Notes: generated by a model not told the origin, from the sequence alone. Counted from the first letter of the stretch, positions 15,938 through 26,953 are shown. The stretch is DNA of 51,498 bases from Chlamydiota bacterium (GCA_947494155.1 CANLTW010000010.1:1-51498), one strand, 5' to 3'. Numbers and translations are program-made.

Positions 15938-17902
15938 ATGGCAATTCCACAGATAGGTCCGAGCGCATTCCTCCTAATGGAGCAAACAGTTGGAGGACTC
16001 TTGCTTACCCCCTTAGAGAGGATGTCTACCCCTTTTGCAAGTGTTTGCAAAACAACAGCGCTTGTCCCCAAAAATGCGCTCCCCATTTCGCAGCAAACAC
16101 AGACAATAAGTAAGATTGCTCTAGATCGGTTACATGCTTTAAAAGAGACAATGCTGAGCCATTTCCGTGAGGGGGAGGATCAAAGGGCGTTGGAATGGAT
16201 CCGGCTCTATCAAAAGCAGATCGAAAAAATGCTCCATACGGCGATGACAAGCCTTGGAAACCGCCCCTTTTTTACCGATTTTAAAAATACCCTTTTTGCC
16301 AATGCGTTTGAGCTTGAGAACATCAAAAAAATTTGTGAGAAAAAGGGGGCTCAAAAAGAGGAGATCGAAAGAGAGTTCTTAAACCAAATAACTCAATTAG
16401 ATCAGGGTGTGCCCCGCGAGACACAAAGCTACCTAGAAGCGGTGGAACAAGAGCTTCTTGAAGCGTTTCAGACTAAAGATCTCGCTTTTAATGCCATAGC
16501 GGATTACTACCTGCACCAAGTGGGTGTTTTACAAAACTTTTTGAGTGGATCGACAGGGATTATCCCCAGTTTTTCCCTCTACGGTGAAATAGAAAAGCAG
16601 ATGCAGAGCTACAAAAAAAGTCTTAAAGCTTTGCAAGGTGATGTTATCCAGACGATGCGTCATCTAGCCGATCCGACGAATATCCTGAGTGAAGTTCGGG
16701 ATAAAATTCGTAGTACACTTCAAAAATTGGAAAAAAACAAAAAGCGCGCTGTAGAAAATTTACGCAAAGCTCTGACAGAGTCTTCCCTAGAGGATTCTAA
16801 AGATTTGAGTGATCAGCTGCAGCAGGTAAATGAGATTTATCTACTGGGGTTAGAAGATTATATCAAACTGACCAAACAGAGTCTCAATACGCTGGTTCAA
16901 GAGATCACAGAGTGTCTCTCCCTATCTTTAGATTCTCAAGATCACCAGATGCAAATTCTTTCGACCAAGTCTAAAAGGGTGATCGAGTATTTAGAGTACG
17001 AATCGACTAAGATTCTTGAGATGGCTCAAATTTTTCAAAGGCCGGTCGTCTCTAAAGAATATGGGGAAAAAAAAGGGTTTTTTTTCCATACCTCTGACTC
17101 ATTGGTGGATGGGAGGATTTCGAAAATATCGATAGGGGCGAAGGATACCATAGAGAGTTTGCAAGTAGTCTATACGGATGCTGAAGGAAAGGAAAAAGTT
17201 GGCCCTGTTTTTGGAAAAGCGATACCGCACAACAAAACAATTCATCTCAGTAGCCAGGAGAAAGTCCATCGGGTGGTCGTCAGCGCCCTCCCCTTAAATA
17301 GGTCACAGCAGAGCTCGAGGATTAAGGATATCGCTTTACATGTGCACAATCATGAGGGTCGTGGGGTCCATGTGTATGAGCTCACCGCCAAAAAAAGTTC
17401 CAAACAAGAGGTGGAAGAGATCTCGTTTGAGGATTCTTACTATCTTTCGGGGATTCGTGGGTACGCGAGTTCTCAAGGGATTCACTCACTATCATTTATC
17501 TTCTCCAAAGATTTTTCCAGTCACCTAAAAAAAGATCTCTCCTCAAAGATTGAGGCTGCACTTCAAGCTCTTCGCCAAGAGCCCTCTTGTCAATTAACCG
17601 CTGCTGAGAAAGAGAAGATTCAGCAGATGTTTGTTGGGCAGGTGTTTGTAGAATTAGACAAAGCTACACTCGATCCGTATGCAGTTTTGGGCTTAGGGCA
17701 AAATGCCTCCTTTGAAGAGGTCAAAAAGGCCTATCATAAACTTGCCAGGATCTACCATCCGGACAAAGCTGAGAGCTATAAAGTGGGGCTTTATAGACGT
17801 AAGTTTGCAGAGATCGCTACCGCTTACCATGCTTTAGAGGAGAGATTTGGGGCGATTGGCGCCTTACCCAATAAAAATGTTTGTCTCCCCTCTTTGTTGT
17901 GA
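15938..17902 (+). CDS. coiled-coil + jacalin-like lectin domain + C-terminal DnaJ (J) domain protein
   Basis: J-domain DPYAVLGL...EVKKAYHKLARIYHPDK. Jacalin-like segment ISKISI..KDTIESLQVVY...GPVFG...YLSGIRG...IHSLSFIF (~17060-17510). Confidence 0.8.
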   Translation: MAIPQIGPSAFLLMEQTVGGLLLTPLERMSTPFASVCKTTALVPKNALPISQQTQTISKIALDRLHALKETMLSHFREGEDQRALEWIRLYQKQIEKMLHTAMTSLGNRPFFTDFKNTLFANAFELENIKKICEKKGAQKEEIEREFLNQITQLDQGVPRETQSYLEAVEQELLEAFQTKDLAFNAIADYYLHQVGVLQNFLSGSTGIIPSFSLYGEIEKQMQSYKKSLKALQGDVIQTMRHLADPTNILSEVRDKIRSTLQKLEKNKKRAVENLRKALTESSLEDSKDLSDQLQQVNEIYLLGLEDYIKLTKQSLNTLVQEITECLSLSLDSQDHQMQILSTKSKRVIEYLEYESTKILEMAQIFQRPVVSKEYGEKKGFFFHTSDSLVDGRISKISIGAKDTIESLQVVYTDAEGKEKVGPVFGKAIPHNKTIHLSSQEKVHRVVVSALPLNRSQQSSRIKDIALHVHNHEGRGVHVYELTAKKSSKQEVEEISFEDSYYLSGIRGYASSQGIHSLSFIFSKDFSSHLKKDLSSKIEAALQALRQEPSCQLTAAEKEKIQQMFVGQVFVELDKATLDPYAVLGLGQNASFEEVKKAYHKLARIYHPDKAESYKVGLYRRKFAEIATAYHALEERFGAIGALPNKNVCLPSLL

Positions 17903-17926
17903 TGAAAAATAAAAAGGAAAGAACCG

Positions 17927-18832
17927 GTGTCTTCAAAAATCCCCTCTCCCCTGCCCCACGTAGATGCGCATGCTGGGCAAGAGCCTATCCTTTTCAATCC
18001 TTTTGCAAAAGTTAGAAGAGTGGCTCAACAAGCCCTTTTATCGGATGCTTTTTTTGCCCGTTCGAGTGGCGGATTAACCGCTGCCTATTTTGCAGTAGAA
18101 ATGGCCAAAATGCCTTTAGGAGTAGATCGTGTGCTCGATGCGATCCATGCATATTTTCACCAAAACGGCCCCTCTATTTTAGAGACTATCCGCTCTTTTT
18201 CGTCGGATATTGATCACATAACGGCTCCTCTGGAGAGGATTTGTGAAGAGCTTACCGATATGGTGACGAAAGATCCTGAGGGTTATAGAAAGAAAAGGGA
18301 GCTATTGCAGCTATTGCTTCCGGTCATCCGAAGGCTAATACTCATTTCAAAAACTTCTCACACGCAGCTTTTGCGTATGACTGCTATGGGGTTTGACCAG
18401 GCATCTCAAGGGTTTCAAGACCTACTCAGTGTGATCACATTTGCACGGTTAAAAGATATGGAGTTGCTCCAAACTCAAATAACCCTTCTCCAAGCACAAG
18501 AGAACTTCGAGTTAGCGATCGCAATTGAGCTCTACAGTCTGCAAATTGAAGAGGAGACAAAAAAATTCGACCAGCTTTTACAAGTGATCCAAGTTTTAGA
18601 TGAGGAAGAGGAAGAAAAAAAACTTGAGCAATCCAGCCTTGAAAAGCAGGCAAAAAAAGAGAAGATGGCGCTTCGCCGGTTAGATGAGGAGCGTCAAAAA
18701 GCAGTGGATCAGCATCTACAGAAGAAGCAAGGGATTGCAGTCGAACACAAAGGTCTCACCCATAAAATCGATTCCAATCGCCGCCAACAAATCCTCGATG
18801 CACTTCAAGAAAGGGTTCCCTCGAAAAAATAG
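17927..18832 (+). CDS. coiled-coil hypothetical protein, probable distant paralog of 14399-15778
   Basis: ARLKDMEL...IELYSLQIEEETKKFDQLL aligns by eye with AREKDIQI...IQAYEVKMREQESLFARYL; AAAGGA RBS, GTG start. Confidence 0.75.
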   Translation: MSSKIPSPLPHVDAHAGQEPILFNPFAKVRRVAQQALLSDAFFARSSGGLTAAYFAVEMAKMPLGVDRVLDAIHAYFHQNGPSILETIRSFSSDIDHITAPLERICEELTDMVTKDPEGYRKKRELLQLLLPVIRRLILISKTSHTQLLRMTAMGFDQASQGFQDLLSVITFARLKDMELLQTQITLLQAQENFELAIAIELYSLQIEEETKKFDQLLQVIQVLDEEEEEKKLEQSSLEKQAKKEKMALRRLDEERQKAVDQHLQKKQGIAVEHKGLTHKIDSNRRQQILDALQERVPSKK

Positions 18833-18991
18833 GAGTCATTTGGCTTACCATCTCGAATTAGACCAGGGCTTTTGGCTCTTAAAAAAGTGCATCTTATAAG
18901 ATCCAAACGAAATTCGTCACATCTATTATCGAGCGAATTTCTAGCCTTAAAATGCTTACCAGTCCTCGTAAATAAAAGGGCATAAGCAGAG

Positions 18992-19007
18992 AATCTATAT
19001 ATAGATT
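18992..19007. promoter_or_regulatory. perfect 16-bp palindrome upstream of the porin gene, possible operator
   Basis: aatctatatatagatt; AT-rich context lowers its significance. Confidence 0.3.
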
Positions 19008-19134
19008 AGAAATCTTTTTCATTTTCTAAATAAAAATACTTTTACTAAATTAAAAAATTAATTATTTAGATTTTATAAACAAAAAAAGTTTTAAATTTTA
19101 AATTCTAAGAAATATTGAAAAGAAGGAAATTTAA

Positions 19135-20259
19135 ATGGAAAGCAATTGTTATAAACAGTGGACACTTCTAGGATCAGCATGTCTTTGTTTAAACCTGTTA
19201 GCAGCAACAGCTTCTGCTAGCAGCTAATCGTCTTTGACCACACAAACAAGCGATACAGAACAAAACATAGTTGCATCCGGTCTTTCATACGCTGGACCCC
19301 AACTTGGTGAAGATGCATTCGGACTGAGTTTCGGAGCGGACTACATCCTCTGGCAACTAGCTCAGGAGGGTCTTGATGTAATCGAATCTAATTATGGTTT
19401 ATTTTCTATTGCTGATCCTGATTTATTTGATCCTATAACGGCAAACTCGCAGGGCTTGGTAGAATACCCTAAATTTAAGTACCTAAGCGGTTTTAAAATT
19501 AATGGGAGAGTTACTCTCGAGGAATCTGAGAAAATGGATCTATCATTGCAATATATCTGGTTGCAAAGATCGACCGGAACAAACACGGGACCGGGTGGAG
19601 AGACTAGTTATTATGAACGGGAATTTCCGTTCTACAATTGGAGAAGTTCATTCCAGTCTTCTTACAACGTTATAGACTTTGAGATGGGCCGTCTTTCCTC
19701 TTTAGCTAAAGAAACACTTAGCATCAGAAATTTTTTTGGGATACGGGGTGTAATAAATTCACACACCTGGGATATTTCAGGCCTTTTCCAAATACCAGGC
19801 GTTTCTGGTTCGTTTCTCGAAAACATTTCTTACCAAAACACAAGTGGTGCCGGCGTGAGGTCGGGAACAAACCTAGCATGGCAAGTCTTTGCGAATAAAA
19901 AATATTTTTCCGGTCTTAAACTCATCGGGATGTCGGCGCTTTCAGGAATCTATGGACGTACATATGTAGATACCCTAGCTTATAAAATCGACAGTCAATC
20001 GAACAATAAGCAATTTATTGCTAATTCCCGAGCCTCTTCCAATAGAATCATACCGGTTGTAGACCTTTCTATCGGATTAAGCTGGGAAATTATAGTTGAG
20101 GGAAAAAAAGACCACAATTATAACATCGAAATCCGTGCTCTTTGGGATACCCAATCATGGATCGGGTATGGAAAATTCTCTACTGCCGCACCGGGACCAA
20201 TCACTCCATATAACCTTACGGTGCAAGGATTCACAATAGGAACACAAATCATGTTCTAA
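19135..20259 (+). pseudogene. Lpg1974/MOMP-like outer membrane beta-barrel with an in-frame TAA just after the signal peptide
   Basis: ATG 19135 gives MESNCYKQWTLLGSACLCLNLLAATASASS*, TAA at 19225-19227, and the same frame continues into the 341-aa ORF. Barrel motifs ADYILWQ, GFKI, DFEMGR, NLTVQGFT; C-terminal Phe. Confidence 0.75.
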
Positions 20260-20622
20260 TCCTGTGATTTTTTTCGGATTTAACCTTGTCGCTAAGAGGT
20301 ACACAGGCGTTGGATATTTTTAAATAACGCTTTTTTTGGACAGAAACTTAAAAGTTTTACTGTTGTTTTTTGGTCATCAGCCATCCCCCTTATAAAGGGG
20401 GAGGCAAAACCTTTAATCCAGCTCTTCAACATTTAATGGGCACTGCTTTAGGGTGCATTTTATGAATTCTGAAATAGCCTTAGTAGCTTTATTGTACATA
20501 TTTTCGATTACCGGCCATGCAGCTTCTTTTGTGAAAAATGAATTCGCAACTTTAGAAATCTTTATGTAAGTGGGCCAGGGAGATCGGGGCCTTTCCCGCT
20601 ACTCATCTCCCTGCCTACGGTG

Positions 20623-20655
20623 AAACAAAGCCCCATCACGAATGGGGTTTTGTTT
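20623..20655 (-). terminator. rho-independent terminator downstream of 20708-21751
   Basis: aaacaaagccccat-cacga-atggggttttgttt. Confidence 0.6.
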
Positions 20656-20707
20656 TAGGTTAAATCCAAGGCGATATGTCTAGCCCTTTTCCCGGTAAAT
20701 AATGATC

Positions 20708-21751
20708 CTAGGATTGGGGTTGAAGGTATATTTGGCATTCCGATACTACTTGTTGGTAGAGTTGTTTCTTCGGTACCGGAATTTGTGGTGCCGAAGCTGT
20801 TGTTTTAGAAATACTTGATACTATTCCTAATGTTTTTTTCATGTGGTCTTCATCAAAAGAGATATGTGAGGGGGACGACTCAAATAAAGCCTTGGCCCAG
20901 GGGCAATTTTTTACACATTCGATTAAGCTTTCAGTGATTGTCTCGTCTTTGTGAAAGTTCAATCTTCGTTCGATAAGAGGTCTTAAAACAGCGAAGGCTA
21001 GATTTTTAAAAAGGGATGGAGATTCAAGAATGAGGTTTTTGATGCTAGACACTGTAGCCTGATCGATTCCTAATTTTTCCCTTACCTCTAAAAATTTGGG
21101 CAAAAGGGCCACATCCGCATCGGTGAAAAAATCGTCCCAAAAAGCAAGTGTACTGGGATCTTTATCTTCCAAGATCTGGTCAAAAAGTTTACTGTCAACT
21201 GAGTCTCCCAAAATACCCGAAAACACCCGCTTTATCTGTTTTTTTAATTCTTCAGGATTTTCAAACTCCATTTGTAATGCTCTAGAGGCTACATCAGAGT
21301 AGAAAGAGTGTCTACACTGCGCTAAAAATACAGCATCATCTATTTTTGGCTCTTCACCAATTTTAAGCAGATCATAGAGCTTTCCATAAACCGAATTAAA
21401 TTGGGGTAAACGCAATCTGTCGCATCCCTCTATTAACTGTTGGAGTTGTTTTGGGCTAAATTGCTTATCTTCTAAAAAGCGTGTGGCCTGATGAGGAAGT
21501 AATTTATTCAAACTCTCTTCAATACTATAAAAGTCTTCAACTGGTAAATCTTCTACCTTTAAATATTCAGTTTTAGCTTTTATCGAGACCGGTTTAGTTT
21601 CGTCTCCCGGTTTTGTAAATGGACTGAACGAAACCCTTTTTCTTGCCTTTTGAACTTCAAAATCAACCAAATCAACGGAGTCGGGTTCGCGGCCTCTTTT
21701 AGCTAGCCCTGGTAAACTTTCTAAGTTCAAACCAGGTAAAACATTTATCAT
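20708..21751 (-). CDS. hypothetical protein, effector-like; basic KARKRV patch
   Basis: 347-aa ORF with GGAGGGGG RBS; no family recognised. Confidence 0.75.
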   Translation of the reverse strand: MINVLPGLNLESLPGLAKRGREPDSVDLVDFEVQKARKRVSFSPFTKPGDETKPVSIKAKTEYLKVEDLPVEDFYSIEESLNKLLPHQATRFLEDKQFSPKQLQQLIEGCDRLRLPQFNSVYGKLYDLLKIGEEPKIDDAVFLAQCRHSFYSDVASRALQMEFENPEELKKQIKRVFSGILGDSVDSKLFDQILEDKDPSTLAFWDDFFTDADVALLPKFLEVREKLGIDQATVSSIKNLILESPSLFKNLAFAVLRPLIERRLNFHKDETITESLIECVKNCPWAKALFESSPSHISFDEDHMKKTLGIVSSISKTTASAPQIPVPKKQLYQQVVSECQIYLQPQS

Positions 21752-22089
21752 AACCCCCCTCCATTTTTGGGTACTTATCCCCTCATTTTTTTCCAGATAT
21801 TTTAATAAAAAATTATATTAAAATCAAGCAGATAGGAAGACCGAAGACCCAAAACTTGATGGGGATCTTGAGTTACCCCTCAACCTTAACAAGTAAGATG
21901 GAAAATTTAAAAATTTGAGGGTGATTTAAAAAAGTGTTTTGAAAGGTAGAAAGCCCTCTTTAGAGGGATCAGCTTGGGCATTTCTAAGCAGATTGGGATA
22001 GGTCCGCTCTTACCCATTCCTTTATCCAAAACAAGCTTTTCCCTACAAAAATATTTGGATATAACGCCCCTTTTTGATACTGAGGGTTT

Positions 22090-23506
22090 GATGATTGAAG
22101 GTCCAAACCCACCCCCTTTTACAGGTAATAGTAATCCGCAAGGCGGGGCTAAAACATCCGAATCGGTTGCGTCTATTGCATTATCAGTTTTAGCGGTAAC
22201 TCAAAGCACCCCTCCCCCTCTTGATCCGAGCAGGGTGCAAAAAAAGGAGCCTTTTATATCGGCCTGGACGTTTGAGGATCGGGGGGATTTTTTTGTTTGC
22301 AGGCAACATTTGAATGAAGAAGAGACATTAAAACTAAATATAAAGCAATTTCCAGTTGTACAAATGAATTTTGCCTCTGTAAGAAAGCTGATTATCGAAA
22401 AAGGGTTTAATGTGATGCATTTTTTGAACAGTTTGGGTATATCCATTGATGATGCCACACAAACCCTGCTTTTCCCCAAAAAAGAAATTTTAAGGAAAAA
22501 CCTAGATACATACAGAGAAAAAAATCGCTCTTTTCCTGAACTCAGCTTGAGTGAGGTGACTGATATTCTTCCCACTGATGATTTTTTGCGTCTTATGCTT
22601 ACTAAAGATATCATCCTCTCTGATCCTCCAGATTTGATTCACGATATCTGCTTCCACGTGATACCTATACTAAGACGAGTTTTCGAATTTCGAGAAGGTT
22701 ACAGACCTTACAAGGAGCAGATCGCATCCACATTTAGAGAATTACAAGACGAGTTCGATAGATCGAGCGAACATTTTGACGAGTTTATAAGTCCCGTCAA
22801 TCAAATTTTAGCTAAGAAACAAAAACAACCAATCACAAGGGCTGAATGGGATCTTATGCAGGACATTTTAAGGTTCAGTATGAGCGCTTGTCTTGATATT
22901 ATATCTACATTCGACGAAACGTTTGAACAAGACAAAGAGCTTAAAAAACTCCTTTTTAAGACCCAGGTGTATGTCCTAATGGATCAAGATCGCCCTATGG
23001 GGTGGGACCTAGTCTGGAATAAAGAGTTTCCTAAAACTGGTATTGATTATATAACTAGGTGGAGAATTGCTAGTTCAGATAGGTCAAAACACTTTCTTTT
23101 TGCCCTTTATGCCCAACCTTTTTTTAAAGAGGCAAAAAATTTAAAGGCTGCTTTGATGAGACAACTTGCCCAGGCCAAACAAGATCCTACCCCCTTTTTA
23201 GCCTCCTTAGATCCGGAACTCAAAAAAACTACCTCAAAAGATATTTGGAACCAAATTCAAGCCCCTTTAGAGGCTGCCATGGAGGGTGCTTTCGAGGATT
23301 TGTCTTTAAAATTTTTCGAGAGCATTGCATCCATACCAATAAATGAAGAAGATCCAGAAATACCACTCCCCTACCTCTTTATCTCCCATCAAGAAATTCT
23401 CGAAAAAGCCATCCCCTCCCTTTACCGATCATTACCCCATAGTCTAGACCTAGATTTTGATCTTTTTAAAGAGATTATTACCTCGATTCTTAAAAAACCA
23501 AGTTAG
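22090..23506 (+). CDS. hypothetical helical protein, effector-like (likely start ATG 22090 rather than TTG 21974)
   Basis: Long ORF; GAGGG precedes ATG of MIEGPNPPP; Pro/Ser-rich N-terminus. Confidence 0.7.
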
Positions 23507-23707
23507 CTACCATTAGAAGTTTTCCCTGGAATAAGGGGGGGCTGTAAAGGGAAAAAGGCTGAGTAACCCAATCCCCCTACTCAAAAGAGCCTTAGCTGGA
23601 ACAAATCCGAGGGTCTGCCCTAGCCAGACATAAAGCTGGTGTGCGTGACGCCCTTGCCAATCAATTCTTTCTCACTCAGATTTGGCTCTAAATTCTCAAA
23701 AAGATGG

Positions 23708-25069
23708 TTAATTTGCTTTTGGGAAGAGTTCTGCTTCAGTGGCCAAAATACCCATTTTTTGGAGCGCTTTAGCAATTATTTCCGGTTTCCATCTGTTTGC
23801 TCCTTGATCGTAGTGTTCTTGGTACAAAATTTCGTCTTTTTTCGATTCCACTCCGCTTTGGATATTTTTATCTTTAAAACTTTTTTCCTTTGATTTCAAA
23901 AGCCCTTCCAATTCCTCCTTATTTTGGCATGCTTTTTCGTCTTGAGGTAAAGCTACCATCTGGAGTTTTTCTTGAGCTGTACGTTCTTGGGCTGGTTTTT
24001 GGCGAACAAGGTCATATGCTCCAAATGCAGCTATTTTTCGTTCTTTTGTGACTTCCCATAACTCATTCACATCCTGATTTAGCTCCTCAAGGATATCTTT
24101 GGTTAGTTCAGGTGAAAAATTCTCTTTCAGGTATTGGGTAAAAAGTTCTTCTAAAGGAGAATTTGGCTTAAGGCCGTTTTGGATGGTTGTCACAAGATTT
24201 ACGGAGGTGTGGTATTTTAAAAATTTAATGATCAGCTTTGCTTGGTCCATCTCGTGGGATAATTGATCCTTGAAGTATGAACCGGTTAGATAATCTTTTA
24301 GTTGAAACATTGCTTGGTTAATCTCATGGACATTCCCATCTGGAAACATCCGTTCAATCGCCAGCTTGGCCTCTGTTGAGGCGATTTGAGCAAATTGTTT
24401 ACTTAGATCTGCAGTTTCGCCACCTATGCAGTTCATTGTAAATAATTGTTCAAGCTCTGCTATAAATCTAGCACCGCATGCACTTTGGGTTTGTAAAATT
24501 TGCAGTCGTTCAATAAAGGCATCGCAATTTTCTTCTTTGGATAAAAATGCATCCAGATGCGATAAGTAATACTTTATTTTCTCGTAAAATTCTTTTAATT
24601 CCTTAGATCCGCTAGGTGGAGTACCTAGATAACCTAATCCGCCTTTAACCCTTCCAAATAACAAATTCTTCCACTCGGTTAGCTTTTGTTTATAGCTTGC
24701 CAAGTCCTGTTGACCTGGGCTTTCTTTTTTTAGTGTTGGAAGATCCGACTCTTTTAATCCTTCTATAAATGCCTCAAGATCGCTGTTTAAATGGTCAAAA
24801 GAGGCGCTATCGGGTAAAGGGGGTGTCAATTCGACTTTCAGTTCTTCTGGTAGAGCTTTGGGAAGGTACCTTACACCTTCTATTTCACATTTCGCGGAAT
24901 CAACAAATTCAAACAAAACTACTTTAGGACTATGAATGCAATTAACTTGAAACCCATCCCGACGCAAAAGTACGGCTTCGAGGTTGGGGCATTTGCTGCA
25001 GTCAAGCGCTTTGCAAATCTGAATACTCACCACAGAAATTATGAAATTCATGGTTATGAACACGTCCAT
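23708..25069 (-). CDS. hypothetical effector-like protein, probably 5'-truncated
   Basis: 453-aa ORF; begins with a single LRR-like unit (LDCSKCPNLEAVLL) after an implausible N-terminus that overlaps an antisense HNH fragment. Confidence 0.7.
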   Translation of the reverse strand: MDVFITMNFIISVVSIQICKALDCSKCPNLEAVLLRRDGFQVNCIHSPKVVLFEFVDSAKCEIEGVRYLPKALPEELKVELTPPLPDSASFDHLNSDLEAFIEGLKESDLPTLKKESPGQQDLASYKQKLTEWKNLLFGRVKGGLGYLGTPPSGSKELKEFYEKIKYYLSHLDAFLSKEENCDAFIERLQILQTQSACGARFIAELEQLFTMNCIGGETADLSKQFAQIASTEAKLAIERMFPDGNVHEINQAMFQLKDYLTGSYFKDQLSHEMDQAKLIIKFLKYHTSVNLVTTIQNGLKPNSPLEELFTQYLKENFSPELTKDILEELNQDVNELWEVTKERKIAAFGAYDLVRQKPAQERTAQEKLQMVALPQDEKACQNKEELEGLLKSKEKSFKDKNIQSGVESKKDEILYQEHYDQGANRWKPEIIAKALQKMGILATEAELFPKAN

Positions 25070-25216
25070 TTGTATGACTTAGTTGTTCTTTGTCACGGGT
25101 GCCACCATTTATTTCATGCCCGGTCCATACAAACAAAGAATCAAAGTTTAACGGAATTCTTATTTATTCTTTTAAATTTAGGACTCATATCCCTTTTTTT
25201 TGTTTTTTTCTCTTAG
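25016..25216 (+). pseudogene. HNH endonuclease C-terminal fragment
   Basis: NLNTHHRNYEIHGYE...DLVVLCHGCHHLFH fits HNH (HH..Y...G.E...L..LC..CH...H); the N-terminal CxxC is absent in this frame. Confidence 0.6.
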
Positions 25217-25311
25217 GTCATACTTAAAGAGTAAAAGCCTGGAAGCACCCCAATCATGGTTAATGTCCGTGAGACGACAAACCTTTACCCCCCATTTGCC
25301 TGTTTCTGTCA

Positions 25312-25551
25312 AAAAAGGGGTGGTTTTTCTTGTTACCAAAAAATATCTGGATGCTAATATAACATTCTAAAAAAGGGTCAATTATCATGATTGGAGATTG
25401 CACCTATTTCGATGACAGACGCTTTGGCTCCGACAAATTTGAAGAGACCAATGTCCTTTACAACTACGATTTCTCAAAAAACAGACTGGTGATAGGGAAC
25501 TTTTATTCCATTTTGCGAAAAAAATTGACTGATATTTTTTTAATCAACTAA
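25312..25551 (+). pseudogene. N-terminal remnant of a Vat/CatB-like xenobiotic O-acetyltransferase
   Basis: From 25387: MIGDCTYFDD...FEETNVLYNYDFSKNRLVIGNFYSI, resembling the Vat motif IGDYTYYDD..FE.NVLY.YDF....L.IG.FC.I. Upstream KGVVFL fragment; truncated before the hexapeptide core. Confidence 0.6.
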
Positions 25552-25679
25552 TAGAGATTTTAAGGTGTGTACTATTAAAGTATCGCTCCGATTATGGTTT
25601 ATTTCTCCTAAAACGACAGCATAATGGGAATTGTTACTCATCGACAAAAATACTAACAAAGTAGTGTTAAGGAAAAAAT

Positions 25680-26405
25680 TTGTCTATTCTTAACCCAATG
25701 GGAATATCGAGTATAAGGACTGGGATTGTTTATTTTTTAGCTTTCATAGAGACAGCTTTCCTTACCATTTTGGTGTTTGCAAAACCCATTTACGACCGCA
25801 TTGTGCTTGGTGTTTGGCAACGATATAACATTATTTTAGAATCGACTTTGAGCCTTGATTTGCATATAATGCTTTCGTCAATCTTAGTATTATTGTTAGT
25901 TTTTCAAAGTATTCTAATATTTATACAAAAACCAGGTCAGATTTCTAAATTATTCTCTCGATTATACTCGTTTATTATTTTATATAGTTTGCTAGTTTGT
26001 TTACAAACATCCTGGGTTGTCTATCTTCGAATCTCTACATTAGAAAGACAAATGGTTTTCTATGCTTCATTAATTTTTTTAGAATTTTTTTTGATCCGTG
26101 GTTATCTAGGTTTAAAAAATAATGACTATGGGAAATTTTTGGACTCGTTCATCGGGGCATTCATTTTATTAGGTATTCCACCGATTTTAAGACTTCTTGT
26201 TCCTATTTATATCTTGACTTTCGGTTTACCCTCCTGGACTCATAATTTTCAAAATCAATTGATTTTAAGTTCTGCGGTTTTTGTCTATGTCAAGCTTTTC
26301 TTAATTTATGCTATTGCAGGAAGATTACAGCAAAATACCCTGATAGTGTTTTTACAAGCCTTCGCTATCCTCCTTATTTTTGCTTTTCTCCCTTGCCCCT
26401 GTTAA
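25680..26405 (+). CDS. multi-pass membrane protein of unknown function
   Basis: About 6-7 hydrophobic segments; very AT-rich. Confidence 0.65.
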   Translation: MSILNPMGISSIRTGIVYFLAFIETAFLTILVFAKPIYDRIVLGVWQRYNIILESTLSLDLHIMLSSILVLLLVFQSILIFIQKPGQISKLFSRLYSFIILYSLLVCLQTSWVVYLRISTLERQMVFYASLIFLEFFLIRGYLGLKNNDYGKFLDSFIGAFILLGIPPILRLLVPIYILTFGLPSWTHNFQNQLILSSAVFVYVKLFLIYAIAGRLQQNTLIVFLQAFAILLIFAFLPCPC

Positions 26406-26476
26406 AAATAACTGAAAATTTTTTGTACTTTGTAGTAAATTCACACCCTCTCTAACTCGTATTTTTCGAAAATATT

Positions 26477-26953
26477 ATGGAACAAGAAATCTTTTTAAGA
26501 GAATACCAACCTGAAGATGTCCAAGCTCTGGCGAGCATCTACTACCACACTATTCATAAAATCAATAGTGAGCACTACACCCAAGAGCAAGTAAACGCCT
26601 GGGCACCACTAAAAAGCTTAGAAACAACAGGCTGGAGAGAGAAATTTCTAAAAACACATCCGATCATAGCAACCACAAGAGAAAAGATCGTAGGATTTGT
26701 GGAATTTGAAAAATCGGGTCACATCGATTGTTTTTATTGTCATCATGAATGGGTCAAAAAAGGGGTAGGCTCCTTGCTTATGAAAGAGATTTTAAAAAGG
26801 GCTAAAGCCAACGACATTCCGATTATATTTGCAGAAGTGAGCATTACAGCCAGGCCCTTTTTTATCAAGTGGGGGTTTACCACTATTCTGGAGCAAAAAA
26901 AGGTTATTAACGGGGTCCAACTGACTAATTTTAAAATGGAACGGTTAATTTAA
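26477..26953 (+). CDS. GNAT acetyltransferase (YafP-like)
   Basis: YTQEQVNAWAP, GHIDCFYCHH, KKGVGS, VSITARPFF..GF. Confidence 0.9.
   Translation: MEQEIFLREYQPEDVQALASIYYHTIHKINSEHYTQEQVNAWAPLKSLETTGWREKFLKTHPIIATTREKIVGFVEFEKSGHIDCFYCHHEWVKKGVGSLLMKEILKRAKANDIPIIFAEVSITARPFFIKWGFTTILEQKKVINGVQLTNFKMERLI

Noticed and set aside
17879..17902. Third CaaX motif (VCLPSLL)
   Set aside because: The Cys is at -6, not -4.
26391..26405. CxC geranylgeranylation motif (PCPC)
   Set aside because: It ends a polytopic membrane protein, and Rab-type prenylation needs a Rab fold; likely chance.
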